DNA of 64,000 nt from an uncultured Oscillospiraceae bacterium (GTDB lineage Bacteria > Bacillota > Clostridia > Oscillospirales > Ruminococcaceae), in contig CASFSP010000038.1 of assembly GCA_949297385.1 (NCBI GenBank), positions 1,308 through 65,307 of the forward strand, written 5' to 3'. Position numbers and translations under genes: made by a program. Shown here piece after piece: positions 20,064 through 28,815 of this stretch (position 1 is its first letter; every line of letters starts with the position of its first letter). The notes under the pieces were generated by a model. The model had not been told where the DNA came from, did no database searches, and was given only the letters and a program-made list of their open reading frames with translations.

Positions 20064-20133
20064 AAATGTCAAAAACTCTTGACATTTATTCCTTTTGATG
20101 ATATGCTGAAAATGTCAAAATAATTTGACATTT
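20064..20133 (+). promoter_or_regulatory. Two copies of the dyad AAATGTCA-N8-TGACATTT (operators) around a TTGACA -35
   Basis: Dyads at 20064-20087 and 20110-20133. -35 TTGACA at 20079-20084, with a candidate -10 TATGCT at 20102-20107. Confidence 0.65.
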
Positions 20134-20165
20134 TGAGATATATGAACAGATGAAAGGAGATTTTT

Positions 20166-20486
20166 ATGTTTGACAAGGGATTTGGCGCCCTGGGTGCAGG
20201 AGAGTGGTTTCTGCTGGCTTTTGCGGCATTTTTGCTGTTTATCTTTGTGTGCGATATTGTGATGATAGCATCGATGATAAAGGCAGGGGATGAGAGAAAA
20301 CAGATGATTGTATACCGCTCTTCTTTTACCACATTGTGGATTACAGCAGGCAGGTGGATTATTGATATTGTGTGGGGGCTGGCAAATCCGCCCATATCAA
20401 ACACAGCCACATTTGTAGAACTGGGCGTTGTGGCAATGACCTATTGCGTGTGCATGATTTACTACAAAAGGAAGTACGGCGGCTGA
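20166..20486 (+). CDS. Small (106 aa) three-TM membrane protein
   Basis: RBS AAAGGAGA. Three hydrophobic helices. Ends 1 nt before the XRE gene start. Confidence 0.6.
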   Translation: MFDKGFGALGAGEWFLLAFAAFLLFIFVCDIVMIASMIKAGDERKQMIVYRSSFTTLWITAGRWIIDIVWGLANPPISNTATFVELGVVAMTYCVCMIYYKRKYGG

Positions 20487-20487
20487 T

Positions 20488-20691
20488 ATGGAAAATAATA
20501 TACGAGAGCGAAGAAAGCGGCTGGGGCTGTCCCAGGAAGAACTGGCCGGAAAATGCGGTGTATCCCGACAGACGGTAAATGCCATTGAAAACAACAAATA
20601 CGACCCGACCCTGGCCCTGGCTTTTGCGCTGGCGGAGCATCTGGACACCACAGTAGACCGGCTGTTTTCACCCCGGCGGCAAAAACAGTGA
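20488..20691 (+). CDS. Short XRE-family HTH transcriptional regulator (67 aa)
   Basis: RRKRLGLSQEELAGKCGVSRQTVNAIENNKYDPTL. Paralogous in type to the regulator at 1794-2003. Confidence 0.85.
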   Translation: MENNIRERRKRLGLSQEELAGKCGVSRQTVNAIENNKYDPTLALAFALAEHLDTTVDRLFSPRRQKQ

Positions 20692-20721
20692 CATGCGCAG
20701 GCGAAAATATTTTATCAGAAA

Positions 20722-20752
20722 CGGAGAGCCCGATTGCTCTCCGCTTTTATTT
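20722..20752 (+). terminator. Rho-independent terminator
   Basis: Stem CGGAGAGC/GCTCTCCG followed by CTTTTATTT. Confidence 0.75.
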
Positions 20753-20864
20753 GCAGGTTTGTTGACGGTTTGATTTTTTTACAGTATACTGAAAATAAAG
20801 ATAACAGACTATATCCGAAGTCATTGCCAAAAACTTTTAACCGAAAGCAACAAAGGAAACTGCC

Positions 20865-22157
20865 ATGAAAAACGCGAAAAGACTGATGTCGACAGCACTT
20901 GCCATGGCCGCCATACTGTGCGCCTGCACTTTTGACGAGCGGCCGGAAGAACAGGAAAAAGACAGCACTTTACATATGGTTACATCAACCGGCGGACTGG
21001 TGACACAGCGCTGCGCTTTTACCGGCGACGGTTATTACGAAATACACACACGTCCGGGTGCCGTCGCCAACATACTGTACACCGACTTTGCCTCCGGACA
21101 AAAGGTGTATCTGTCATCTGATATAAACAGCCGCCATGAGGATGAATCGGACACATCTTACATAGCTGACGCCTACGGTGTGTTTTATCCGGTGGTTACG
21201 CCCAAAGGGCTGGTAATAATCTCTAACACCTCCGACCTGCTGATAAAAAAATACGGTGACAAGGCTCTGGGCAGGATAAGCATATCTTCCCTGAGCGGAG
21301 AGGGACGCAGGACGCTGTACACGCTGGCGGCCAACGAATGGATAAGCGACACCAGCGGAATAGCCCGGGACAGCGAAAAAATTTATTTTATAGATTATTA
21401 TCTGGAAACCGAAACCCTGGGGCAGAAATGCCGGCTGGTATCAATAGGCCTGGACAGCGGTGAAAAACAGGTACTGGAAGATCTCAGCAGTCAAGGAAGG
21501 GTGTCTGTAATCGGCGCTTCTGACAGCCGTCTGGTGATGAAAAAGATAACCGTGCCCGACCAGGACAAGCCCTGGTACGAGCAGTTTGAAAGCCAGGAGC
21601 ATGAAATATACACCTATAATATATCCAGCGGAGAAAAGAGGCAGGTTTTTTCTTATACGCAAAACCGGGGTGTAGCCCGGTGCCGGGACAGCCGGCTGAT
21701 ATATCTGGATTACGCCCGGCAGGAAGTAAGCATCATTGACATAGCCTCCGGCCGGCAGAAAAAACTGTCTTTGACAGGATGTGCACCCGAAACAGTGCGC
21801 TTTGACAGCATGGACAGCCGGGTATTTGACGGGCATATAATGCTGTGCGGCAAAAGCCGGACAGAACCTGACAGGCCGCTGTACTTTGCCCTTGACCTTT
21901 CCGGCAGCGGTGTAAAACAGATAGACCTGTACACAGACGAAAAATTCTGCGATATTTACGCCGAAACAGCTGACAGTTTTCTGGTGGCAAACGGCGAGTT
22001 TGAATATGAAATGGAATATTACATACAGGGAGTGCCTGACAAAATAAAAAGCAAGACCGTTCAGTTTGCGTTGATTAAAAAAAGCGACTACTGGAACAGT
22101 GTGCCGAATTTTAAAAATATCAACTATGATATATACAAAAGTCTGAATTACAGCTGA
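20865..22157 (+). CDS. Putative lipoprotein, beta-propeller-like (DUF5050/TolB-like flavour)
   Basis: Signal peptide ending in ILCAC. Repeated IY.. / ..Y..D..SG strand-like motifs. The family assignment is tentative. Confidence 0.45.
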   Translation: MKNAKRLMSTALAMAAILCACTFDERPEEQEKDSTLHMVTSTGGLVTQRCAFTGDGYYEIHTRPGAVANILYTDFASGQKVYLSSDINSRHEDESDTSYIADAYGVFYPVVTPKGLVIISNTSDLLIKKYGDKALGRISISSLSGEGRRTLYTLAANEWISDTSGIARDSEKIYFIDYYLETETLGQKCRLVSIGLDSGEKQVLEDLSSQGRVSVIGASDSRLVMKKITVPDQDKPWYEQFESQEHEIYTYNISSGEKRQVFSYTQNRGVARCRDSRLIYLDYARQEVSIIDIASGRQKKLSLTGCAPETVRFDSMDSRVFDGHIMLCGKSRTEPDRPLYFALDLSGSGVKQIDLYTDEKFCDIYAETADSFLVANGEFEYEMEYYIQGVPDKIKSKTVQFALIKKSDYWNSVPNFKNINYDIYKSLNYS

Positions 22158-22469
22158 CTGCTGAATTTCAAAAGCACCGGAAGAACAGATATAAAAGGTA
22201 ACAAAAGCATTGAACAACTGAAATCATACTGCGGATGCTGATTTTGACAGCGGCGGTTGCAGTAGTGTTTTCCCTGTTTGCCGGGTATGCAGGTCTTGCC
22301 GGTATGCCTGAGCAAAGCCGGCGGGTCGGCCGCCGGGCTGATATTTATGCGGCCTGCGCTGATCCTGAACAGGGTAAGCGTGCTGATAAAATCTTTCGCG
22401 CGCCGAATACAAGGGACAAATGAGAAAATTTTCATCTCAAAGACAAAGCCCGGTAACCGGCAAAAATAC

Positions 22470-22502
22470 GCCCACGGCCTTTTTGCGGCCGTGGGCTTTT
22501 TT
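22470..22502. terminator. Strong bidirectional terminator
   Basis: 10-bp stem GCCCACGGCC/GGCCGTGGGC with T-runs on both strands. Confidence 0.8.
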
Positions 22503-22518
22503 GTATTGATGATTTCGC

Positions 22519-23298
22519 TTATATTCCGTCAATTTTGTTTTTGATTTTCTGTTTCAGCCTGAAACCAAGGCTGTTTACATGCTTGTCATTGTTCACCAGC
22601 AGGTCATAGCTTTCGCAAATGCCGGCAAAACAGATAAGTCCGTAAAGCCCCAGGGCAAAAAACAAAAACACAAAGGCGTGATATTCTGACCAGAGGAAGT
22701 AACCGCCGTCTGTCAGGCCCAGCACCACAATACCGCTGACAAACAGCGCGGTGCATGCCGCCATGGCAAAGGTGTACTTTTTCTTTACATTGTTATAGCG
22801 CGCCGCAATCTCTTTCATGCACCGGTAATCAAACACCGGCGGCTGCTTTTCCAGCATATCATACTGCCCGCCGTCAGCAAAAATTGCCGCCGCAAAAAAA
22901 CATATGCCTATAATGGCGCATACCGTCATGGCCAGATACCCCGGCAGCCTTGCTCCCAGCAGGGAATAGGGAACGCCGGCCAGCGCCAGCGATGCGGCTC
23001 CTGTGGCCAAAAGTCTGAATGTCTTTTTACATGTGTAGATATATCCCAGCGCAGTTTCCATGCTGACATAATAGCCGCTGTCGGCTTTTGGCCGGATGGT
23101 TTTGTCGTCTTTCAGCAGATAGTCCAGCGTAACCCCGAAAATATCCGACAGTTTCAGCAGTTTTTCTGTTTCAGGATACCCCCGGCCGTTTTCCCACTTG
23201 CTCACAGCCTGTCTGGTGGTGCCCAGCAGTTCGGCCAGGGTCTCCTGGGAAATTACCTTTTCCTTTCGCAGATTAAAAATTTTTTCTCCCATATTCAT
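22519..23298 (-). CDS. XRE-family HTH fused to a multi-pass membrane domain
   Basis: Start trimmed to ATG 23298 (MNMGEKIF...), with RBS GGAGGA at 23309-23314. [22 protein letters not shown], then 4-5 hydrophobic helices. Confidence 0.75.
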   Translation of the reverse strand: MNMGEKIFNLRKEKVISQETLAELLGTTRQAVSKWENGRGYPETEKLLKLSDIFGVTLDYLLKDDKTIRPKADSGYYVSMETALGYIYTCKKTFRLLATGAASLALAGVPYSLLGARLPGYLAMTVCAIIGICFFAAAIFADGGQYDMLEKQPPVFDYRCMKEIAARYNNVKKKYTFAMAACTALFVSGIVVLGLTDGGYFLWSEYHAFVFLFFALGLYGLICFAGICESYDLLVNNDKHVNSLGFRLKQKIKNKIDGI

Positions 23299-23491
23299 TG
23301 ATAAATTTCCTCCATTGGTTTTGGTTTGCCACGATTTTATCATCTGAACGCTGTATTTTTCTATAAGCTTGCGGTTGCACATTGTAAAACAGCCGTTGCG
23401 TTTATACCGTTTTATGCAAAAATCAGCACTGCACAGCAAAAAAGACCCGGCTGTAACAATACGGCCAAGGCCTTTGGATTATATTCTGCGA

Positions 23492-24031
23492 TTATTCCGC
23501 TGTGGGGCTGTTTACCGAAAGGGTGAAATGCAGGGAGAATTTTTCTTTTTCAGCGGCGGAAATTACACCTTCCATAAAGGAGAATATCCGCTGTATATCG
23601 CCGTCCATCCTGACGGCATAAGGGCCGGCGGCAAAGCTTACATCCTTGCAGGCTGCGCACACATCCGACAGTATTTTTTCGCCGCCGGGGCAGTACAGGC
23701 TGACTTTGCCCTTTGCCGGAAAATGCACATCTTTTACCTTCATCAGGTTGGGGCAGTGGCCGGTGGGCAGTGGGACTTTCTCCGCCTTTTCCCGGTTGGA
23801 AAACACACCTTCCAGGCACATGTGAACCCCATCGGTAAAAGCGTTGACAAACAGCCCCTTCACCGCATCAACCACGCTGTCTGTCCCGCCCTGGTAAACG
23901 GTGGACACCCGGTCGGTAAAGCCGTAAACCGCGCTGGTGTCTGTTTTTTTCAGCGCACCGAGAATTATGGATATAAAATCATCACACATGGGATACAGAG
24001 AAAACCTGCACCCGAAATCTGCCATGCTCAT
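23492..24031 (-). CDS. YkoF-family thiamine/HMP-binding protein
   Basis: CRFSLYPMCDDFISIILGALKKTDTS closely parallels B. subtilis YkoF (FRFSLYPMTDDFISVIKSALKKTDTS, recalled from memory). Ends in ...SVNSPT. Confidence 0.75.
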   Translation of the reverse strand: MSMADFGCRFSLYPMCDDFISIILGALKKTDTSAVYGFTDRVSTVYQGGTDSVVDAVKGLFVNAFTDGVHMCLEGVFSNREKAEKVPLPTGHCPNLMKVKDVHFPAKGKVSLYCPGGEKILSDVCAACKDVSFAAGPYAVRMDGDIQRIFSFMEGVISAAEKEKFSLHFTLSVNSPTAE

Positions 24032-24144
24032 TTTTTAACCTCCGAAAAATTGATATATTTATTTTATACCATACAGGATATATTTTCAACGGCAGGGAAC
24101 ACATATATTTTACAAATTGTAATTTTAAAACGAAATATAACAAA

Positions 24145-24178
24145 AACAAAAGCCCGGGGGAAACCGGGCTTTTTCTGT
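24145..24178 (-). terminator. Rho-independent terminator of purA
   Basis: Stem AGCCCGG/CCGGGCT. A T-run follows on the minus strand. Confidence 0.7.
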
Positions 24179-25465
24179 TTATATTTTAGGCTTTCTGATG
24201 ATGATATCTTCCCTGGCAGGGCCGTTGGACACCATGGTAATCGGCACGCCGATTTCCTTTTCGATAAAGTCCACATAGTCCTGGGCCTCTTTGGGCAGTT
24301 TATCAAAATCTCTGATGCCTTTTATGTCGCATTTCCAGCCTTTGAGGGTGGTCAGCACAGGTTTTGCCTTGTACAGATCGGTAGTGTGGGGGAAATCTTT
24401 TGTCACAACGCCGTCTATCTCATAGCCGGTGCAGACTTTGATTTCGTCCAGGTAACCCAGCGGGTCAAGGACAGACAGCACCACATCAGTGGCGCCCTGA
24501 GCCATACAGCCGTATCTGGTGGCCACTGTGTCATACCAGCCCACACGGCGGGGCCTGCCGGTTTTGGCGCCGTATTCGCCGCCGTCGCCGCCTCTTTTCC
24601 TCAGCTCTTCCGCTTCGTCGCCGAACAGTTCGCTGACAAAGGGACCTGCGCCCACGCAGGAAGAATATGCTTTGGAAACAGCGTATATTTTCTTTATTTC
24701 ATAGGGGGGAATACCTGCGCCGGAAGCTGCGAAACCTGCCAGTGTGGATGAGGAAGTAACCATCGGATACATGCCCAGGTCCACATCCCTCAGCGCGCCC
24801 AGCTGGCCTTCCAGCAGTATGTTTTTGCCCTCTTTCAGCGCGTTGTGCAAAAATGCGGTGACATTGGCCACATAGGGGCGTATCATCTCGCGCTGGCGCA
24901 CCATTTCTTTGTACAGTTCTTCTTCGTCCAGCAGAGGTTTGTGATAAAGGTGCTCCATCAGCACATTTTTCTGCTGCACAACATTGTGCAGTTTGGCTTT
25001 CAGTGTTTCGTCGTCAAACAGCTCGTTTACCTGAAAACCGATTTTGGCATATCTGTCGGAATAACAGGGAGCCATGCCGCTTTTGGTGGAACCAAAGCTG
25101 TTTTTGCCCAGCCTTTCCTCTTCGTACCGGTCCAGCAGAATGTGATAGGGCATTACCACATTGGCTCTGTCGGACACCAGAATTTTGGGCCGGGGCACCC
25201 CTTGGGAAGTTATGCTTTCAATTTCGCTGACCAATGCGGGAATGTCCAAGGCCACGCCGTTGGCTATTACGCTGGTGGTGTGGTTGTAAAACACGCCGCT
25301 GGGCAGCAGATGCAGCGCAAATTTGCCGTACTCATTGATGATTGTGTGGCCTGCGTTGCTTCCGCCCTGATAGCGGATGACTATGTCGGCCTCTTCAGCC
25401 AGCATGTCTGTGACTTTGCCTTTGCCTTCGTCGCCCCAGTTGGCGCCTACAATTGCTTTTACCAT
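24179..25465 (-). CDS. purA: Adenylosuccinate synthase
   Basis: MVKAIVGANWGDEGKGKVTD and QGGSNAGHT. ATG 25465 with RBS AAAGGAG. Confidence 0.97.
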   Translation of the reverse strand: MVKAIVGANWGDEGKGKVTDMLAEEADIVIRYQGGSNAGHTIINEYGKFALHLLPSGVFYNHTTSVIANGVALDIPALVSEIESITSQGVPRPKILVSDRANVVMPYHILLDRYEEERLGKNSFGSTKSGMAPCYSDRYAKIGFQVNELFDDETLKAKLHNVVQQKNVLMEHLYHKPLLDEEELYKEMVRQREMIRPYVANVTAFLHNALKEGKNILLEGQLGALRDVDLGMYPMVTSSSTLAGFAASGAGIPPYEIKKIYAVSKAYSSCVGAGPFVSELFGDEAEELRKRGGDGGEYGAKTGRPRRVGWYDTVATRYGCMAQGATDVVLSVLDPLGYLDEIKVCTGYEIDGVVTKDFPHTTDLYKAKPVLTTLKGWKCDIKGIRDFDKLPKEAQDYVDFIEKEIGVPITMVSNGPAREDIIIRKPKI

Positions 25466-25609
25466 ATTAAATCTCCTTTGCAAGTAGATTTAAGGTGATC
25501 CGACGGCCGGAGCCGTCCTTTTGCCTTAGCTCTGTCATGTTAACGGAAAAGTTTTTATTCTTATCCGCCTCTAAACTTATATATTAAATTTTAAGTTTAT
25601 ACAAAATTA

Positions 25610-27049
25610 TCAGACGGTTATGTCCGCCTTTATGCCCAGTTCGTCCCGGTGTTTGTCCAGTATAGGCTGAATATACTCGGCCACAAACTTTCTGGTCTGT
25701 CCGGGAGCGCGGCCGATGAATGCCGCCGGGTCCATGTGTTCTTTCAGCCTGTCTATATCTAGGCCGAAGCTGTCGTCTGCCGCTATTCTTTCCAGCAGGT
25801 CGTTTTCTGCGCCGTCGTTTTTCACCCTCCGGCCGGCCGCCATGGAATGCACCCTGATTTTTTCGTGCAGTTCCTGTCTGTCACCGCCTGCCTTTACGGC
25901 GTCCATCATTATATTTTCGCTGGCCATGAAGGGAAGTTCGGCCAGAAGATGTTTTTCTATAACCTTGGGGTAGACCACCATGCCGTCGGTGATGTTGAGA
26001 TACAGTTCCAGTATGCTGTCGGCGGCCAAAAAGCCTTCGCTGATGCTCAGGCGTTTGTTGGCGGAGTCGTCCAGCGTCCTTTCAAACCACTGGGTGGCGC
26101 TGGTGAGGGCGGTGTTGTTCAGGTCGCTGATGAGGAAGTTTGCCAGGGCGGCCATTCTTTCGCTGCGCATGGGGTTGCGCTTGTATGCCATGGCGGAAGA
26201 GCCTATCTGGTTTTTCTCAAAAGGTTCTTCTATCTCTTTCAGATGCTGCAAAAGGCGCAGGTCGTTGGAGAATTTGTGGGCTGACTGGGCGATACCGCTG
26301 AGCACCGACAGCACCTTGAAATCTATCTTTCTGGAATAGGTCTGCCCGCTGACGGCATAGCATTTTTCAAAGCCCATTTTCCGGGCGATAAGCCTGTCCA
26401 GCTGTTCGCATTTTTCCTCGTCGCCGTCAAACAGCTCCATAAATGAAGCCTGGGTGCCGGTGGTGCCTTTGCAGCCCAGCAGGCGCAGATTGTCCATCAC
26501 ATATTCCACATCCTGCAAATCGAACAGCAGGTCCTGGGCCCACAGGGTGGCGCGCTTGCCCACGGTGGTGGGCTGGGCCGCCTGGAAATGGGTGTATGCC
26601 AGCGTGGGCATATCGGCGTATTCCAGCGCAAAGTCCGCCAGGTTTTTCAGCACATTTATCAGCTTTTTCCTTATCAGTTCCAGCGCTTCGCGCATTATTA
26701 TCAGGTCGGTGTTGTCACCCACATAACAGCTGGTGGCGCCCAGATGAATTATACCCTTGGCCTCCGGCCGCCGCAGACCGTAGGCGTAAACATGGCTCAT
26801 CACATCGTGGCGCACCAGTTTTTCCCTTTCGGCCGCCGCCTGATAGTCTATGTTATATATATTTTCCTTTAACTGTTTTATCTGCCGGTCGGTTATGTCC
26901 AGCCCCAGCTCTTTTTCGCTTTCGGCCAGTGCCACCCACAGCTTGCGCCAGGTGGTAAACTTCTTTTCACTGCTGAAAAGATATTTCATCTCTTTGCTGG
27001 GATACCTTTGGGAAAGAGGGGAAATATAAGAAGTATATCTATCATCCAT
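25610..27049 (-). CDS. purB: Adenylosuccinate lyase
   Basis: Fumarate-lyase signature GSSAMAYKRNP. Typical length and N-terminus. Confidence 0.95.
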   Translation of the reverse strand: MDDRYTSYISPLSQRYPSKEMKYLFSSEKKFTTWRKLWVALAESEKELGLDITDRQIKQLKENIYNIDYQAAAEREKLVRHDVMSHVYAYGLRRPEAKGIIHLGATSCYVGDNTDLIIMREALELIRKKLINVLKNLADFALEYADMPTLAYTHFQAAQPTTVGKRATLWAQDLLFDLQDVEYVMDNLRLLGCKGTTGTQASFMELFDGDEEKCEQLDRLIARKMGFEKCYAVSGQTYSRKIDFKVLSVLSGIAQSAHKFSNDLRLLQHLKEIEEPFEKNQIGSSAMAYKRNPMRSERMAALANFLISDLNNTALTSATQWFERTLDDSANKRLSISEGFLAADSILELYLNITDGMVVYPKVIEKHLLAELPFMASENIMMDAVKAGGDRQELHEKIRVHSMAAGRRVKNDGAENDLLERIAADDSFGLDIDRLKEHMDPAAFIGRAPGQTRKFVAEYIQPILDKHRDELGIKADITV

Positions 27050-27208
27050 TGATCATAACCGCCTTTCTTTTTAACATAGTAATTTTATCACAACATCGGC
27101 GCTGATACAACATTTTTATTGTGCGCATTTTTTGAAATTATTGTAAAAAAATTGCCTCTGTGTTATATTTTATTTAATATAACAAAAGGCTTGCGAAAGG
27201 AGCAAAAG

Positions 27209-28696
27209 ATGAAAAAATATATTTTGGCCCTGGACCAGGGGACAACATCCTCCCGCGCCATAATCTTTGACCGGCAGCAGAATATAGTGGCAATGGCTCA
27301 GAAAGAGCTGATATCCATATATCCCAGGGAAGGCTGGGTGGAACAGGACGCCATGGAGATATACTCATCCCAGTACGGCGTTATGAGCGAGGCCATTGTA
27401 AAAAGCGGCATAGATATCAGCGAGATTGCCGCCATAGGCATAACCAACCAGCGCGAAACCACCATAATGTGGGACAAAACCACCGGACGCCCGGTGTACA
27501 ACGCCATTGTGTGGCAGTGCCGCCGCACCGCGGATATATGCGACCGGCTGGTGGCAGAAGGTCACGGCGAATACATCAAAAACGCCACCGGCCTGGTACC
27601 GGATGCTTATTTTTCCGCCACAAAGATTAAATGGATACTGGACAATGTGCCCGGCGTAAGGGAAAAGGCCCGGCGGGGGCAGATAATGTTCGGCACTGTG
27701 GACTCATGGCTGGTATACAAGCTGACCGAAGGCAAAGTGCATATAACAGACTACACCAATGCCAGCCGAACCATGCTGTTCAATATCCACACCCTGGAAT
27801 GGGACGAAAAACTGCTGGAAATACTGGATATTCCCCGCAGCATACTGCCACAGGTATGCCCATCCAGCCGGCTTTACGGACACATGACATTACAGGGAAT
27901 TGAAATTCCCATAGCCGGCATAGCAGGCGACCAGCAGGCGGCGCTGTTCGGCCAGAGATGTTTTGAAAAAGGTCAGGCCAAAAACACCTACGGCACCGGA
28001 TGTTTTTTGCTGATGAACACCGGCAAAACACCATATGAAAGCAAGTCCGGCCTGCTGACCACCATAGCCGTTGGCATTGACGGCGGTGTGGAATACGCGC
28101 TGGAAGGCAGTGTATTTGTAGGCGGTGCTGTTATACAGTGGCTGCGCGATGAGATGAAATTTATCGACGAAAGCCGAGACGCAGAATATTATGCCCAAAA
28201 GGTAGAGGATACCGGCGGAGTGTATCTGGTGCCGGCCTTTACCGGCCTGGGCGCACCTTACTGGGATATGTACGCCCGCGGATGTATAGTGGGTCTTACC
28301 CGTGGCACCAGGCGAGAGCACATTGTGCGCGCAGCCCAGGAAAGCATTGCTTATCAGTGTATGGATCTGGTGAAGGCCATGGAAAAGGACACCGGTATAA
28401 AACTGTCTGTGCTGAATGTGGACGGAGGAGCCAGCAGGGATGCATTTCTGATGCAGTTCCAGGCCGACATGCTGGATATTGATATACACAGGCCGGCGGT
28501 AAAGGAAACCACCGCTTTGGGTGCAGCATATCTGGCCGGGCTGGCAGTGGGTATGTGGCCCGACAGAAACCGGCTGTTCACAGGCACTGACGGCCGGAGC
28601 GTTTTCCACCCGGATATGAGCCGGGAAAGGCGTGAAAAGCTGACGGACGGCTGGCACAAAGCTGTGGGACGCAGCCTGGGCTGGGCAGAAAAATAA
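27209..28696 (+). CDS. glpK: Glycerol kinase
   Basis: [21 protein letters not shown] and GITNQRETT. Start trimmed from track position 27119 to ATG 27209 (RBS AAAGGAG). Confidence 0.96.
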   Translation: MKKYILALDQGTTSSRAIIFDRQQNIVAMAQKELISIYPREGWVEQDAMEIYSSQYGVMSEAIVKSGIDISEIAAIGITNQRETTIMWDKTTGRPVYNAIVWQCRRTADICDRLVAEGHGEYIKNATGLVPDAYFSATKIKWILDNVPGVREKARRGQIMFGTVDSWLVYKLTEGKVHITDYTNASRTMLFNIHTLEWDEKLLEILDIPRSILPQVCPSSRLYGHMTLQGIEIPIAGIAGDQQAALFGQRCFEKGQAKNTYGTGCFLLMNTGKTPYESKSGLLTTIAVGIDGGVEYALEGSVFVGGAVIQWLRDEMKFIDESRDAEYYAQKVEDTGGVYLVPAFTGLGAPYWDMYARGCIVGLTRGTRREHIVRAAQESIAYQCMDLVKAMEKDTGIKLSVLNVDGGASRDAFLMQFQADMLDIDIHRPAVKETTALGAAYLAGLAVGMWPDRNRLFTGTDGRSVFHPDMSRERREKLTDGWHKAVGRSLGWAEK

Positions 28697-28735
28697 ATCG
28701 GAAGCACAACTACAAATAGATGTAAGCGGCGGCAG

Positions 28736-28777
28736 ATGTCACATTTTGTTGACATTTGCCGTCGTCGGCTATAATAT
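28736..28777 (+). promoter_or_regulatory. Promoter of the GT-C-like/CPBP operon, overlapped by an ATGTCA-N8-TGACAT dyad
   Basis: Dyad at 28736-28755, the same 5-N8-5 architecture as at 20064 and 20110. -35 TTGACA at 28749-28754, -10 TAATAT at 28772-28777. Confidence 0.55.
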
Positions 28778-28815
28778 TATTTATACATATTAAATATTGA
28801 AAAGGAATTTTTACT

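Noticed and set aside
23369-24751. A 460-aa plus-strand ORF spanning ykoF, an intergenic region and the 3' end of purA.
   Set aside because: It is frame-aligned antisense to both genes. It reads through a terminator and an AT-rich promoter region by chance. It has no RBS and an implausible composition.
25466-25609. A possible riboswitch or leader between purB and purA, with the hairpin GACGGC-TCCG-GCCGTC.
   Set aside because: I could not match it to purine, ZTP (pfl), PRPP/ykkC or other purine-related riboswitch cores from memory. The hairpin lacks a U-tract. It is most likely an intercistronic stabilising hairpin. An Rfam scan would settle it.
27119-27208. N-terminal extensions proposed by the ORF track for glpK, and similarly for 22519-23439, 31643-32809, 32848-34221, 34267-34887, 41075-41950, 46731-47513, 53648-54160, 54843-56054 and 57101-58948.
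   Set aside because: In each case an internal ATG is preceded by a clear GGAGG-type RBS at proper spacing and starts the conserved protein N-terminus. The extensions run through promoters or overlap neighbouring genes.
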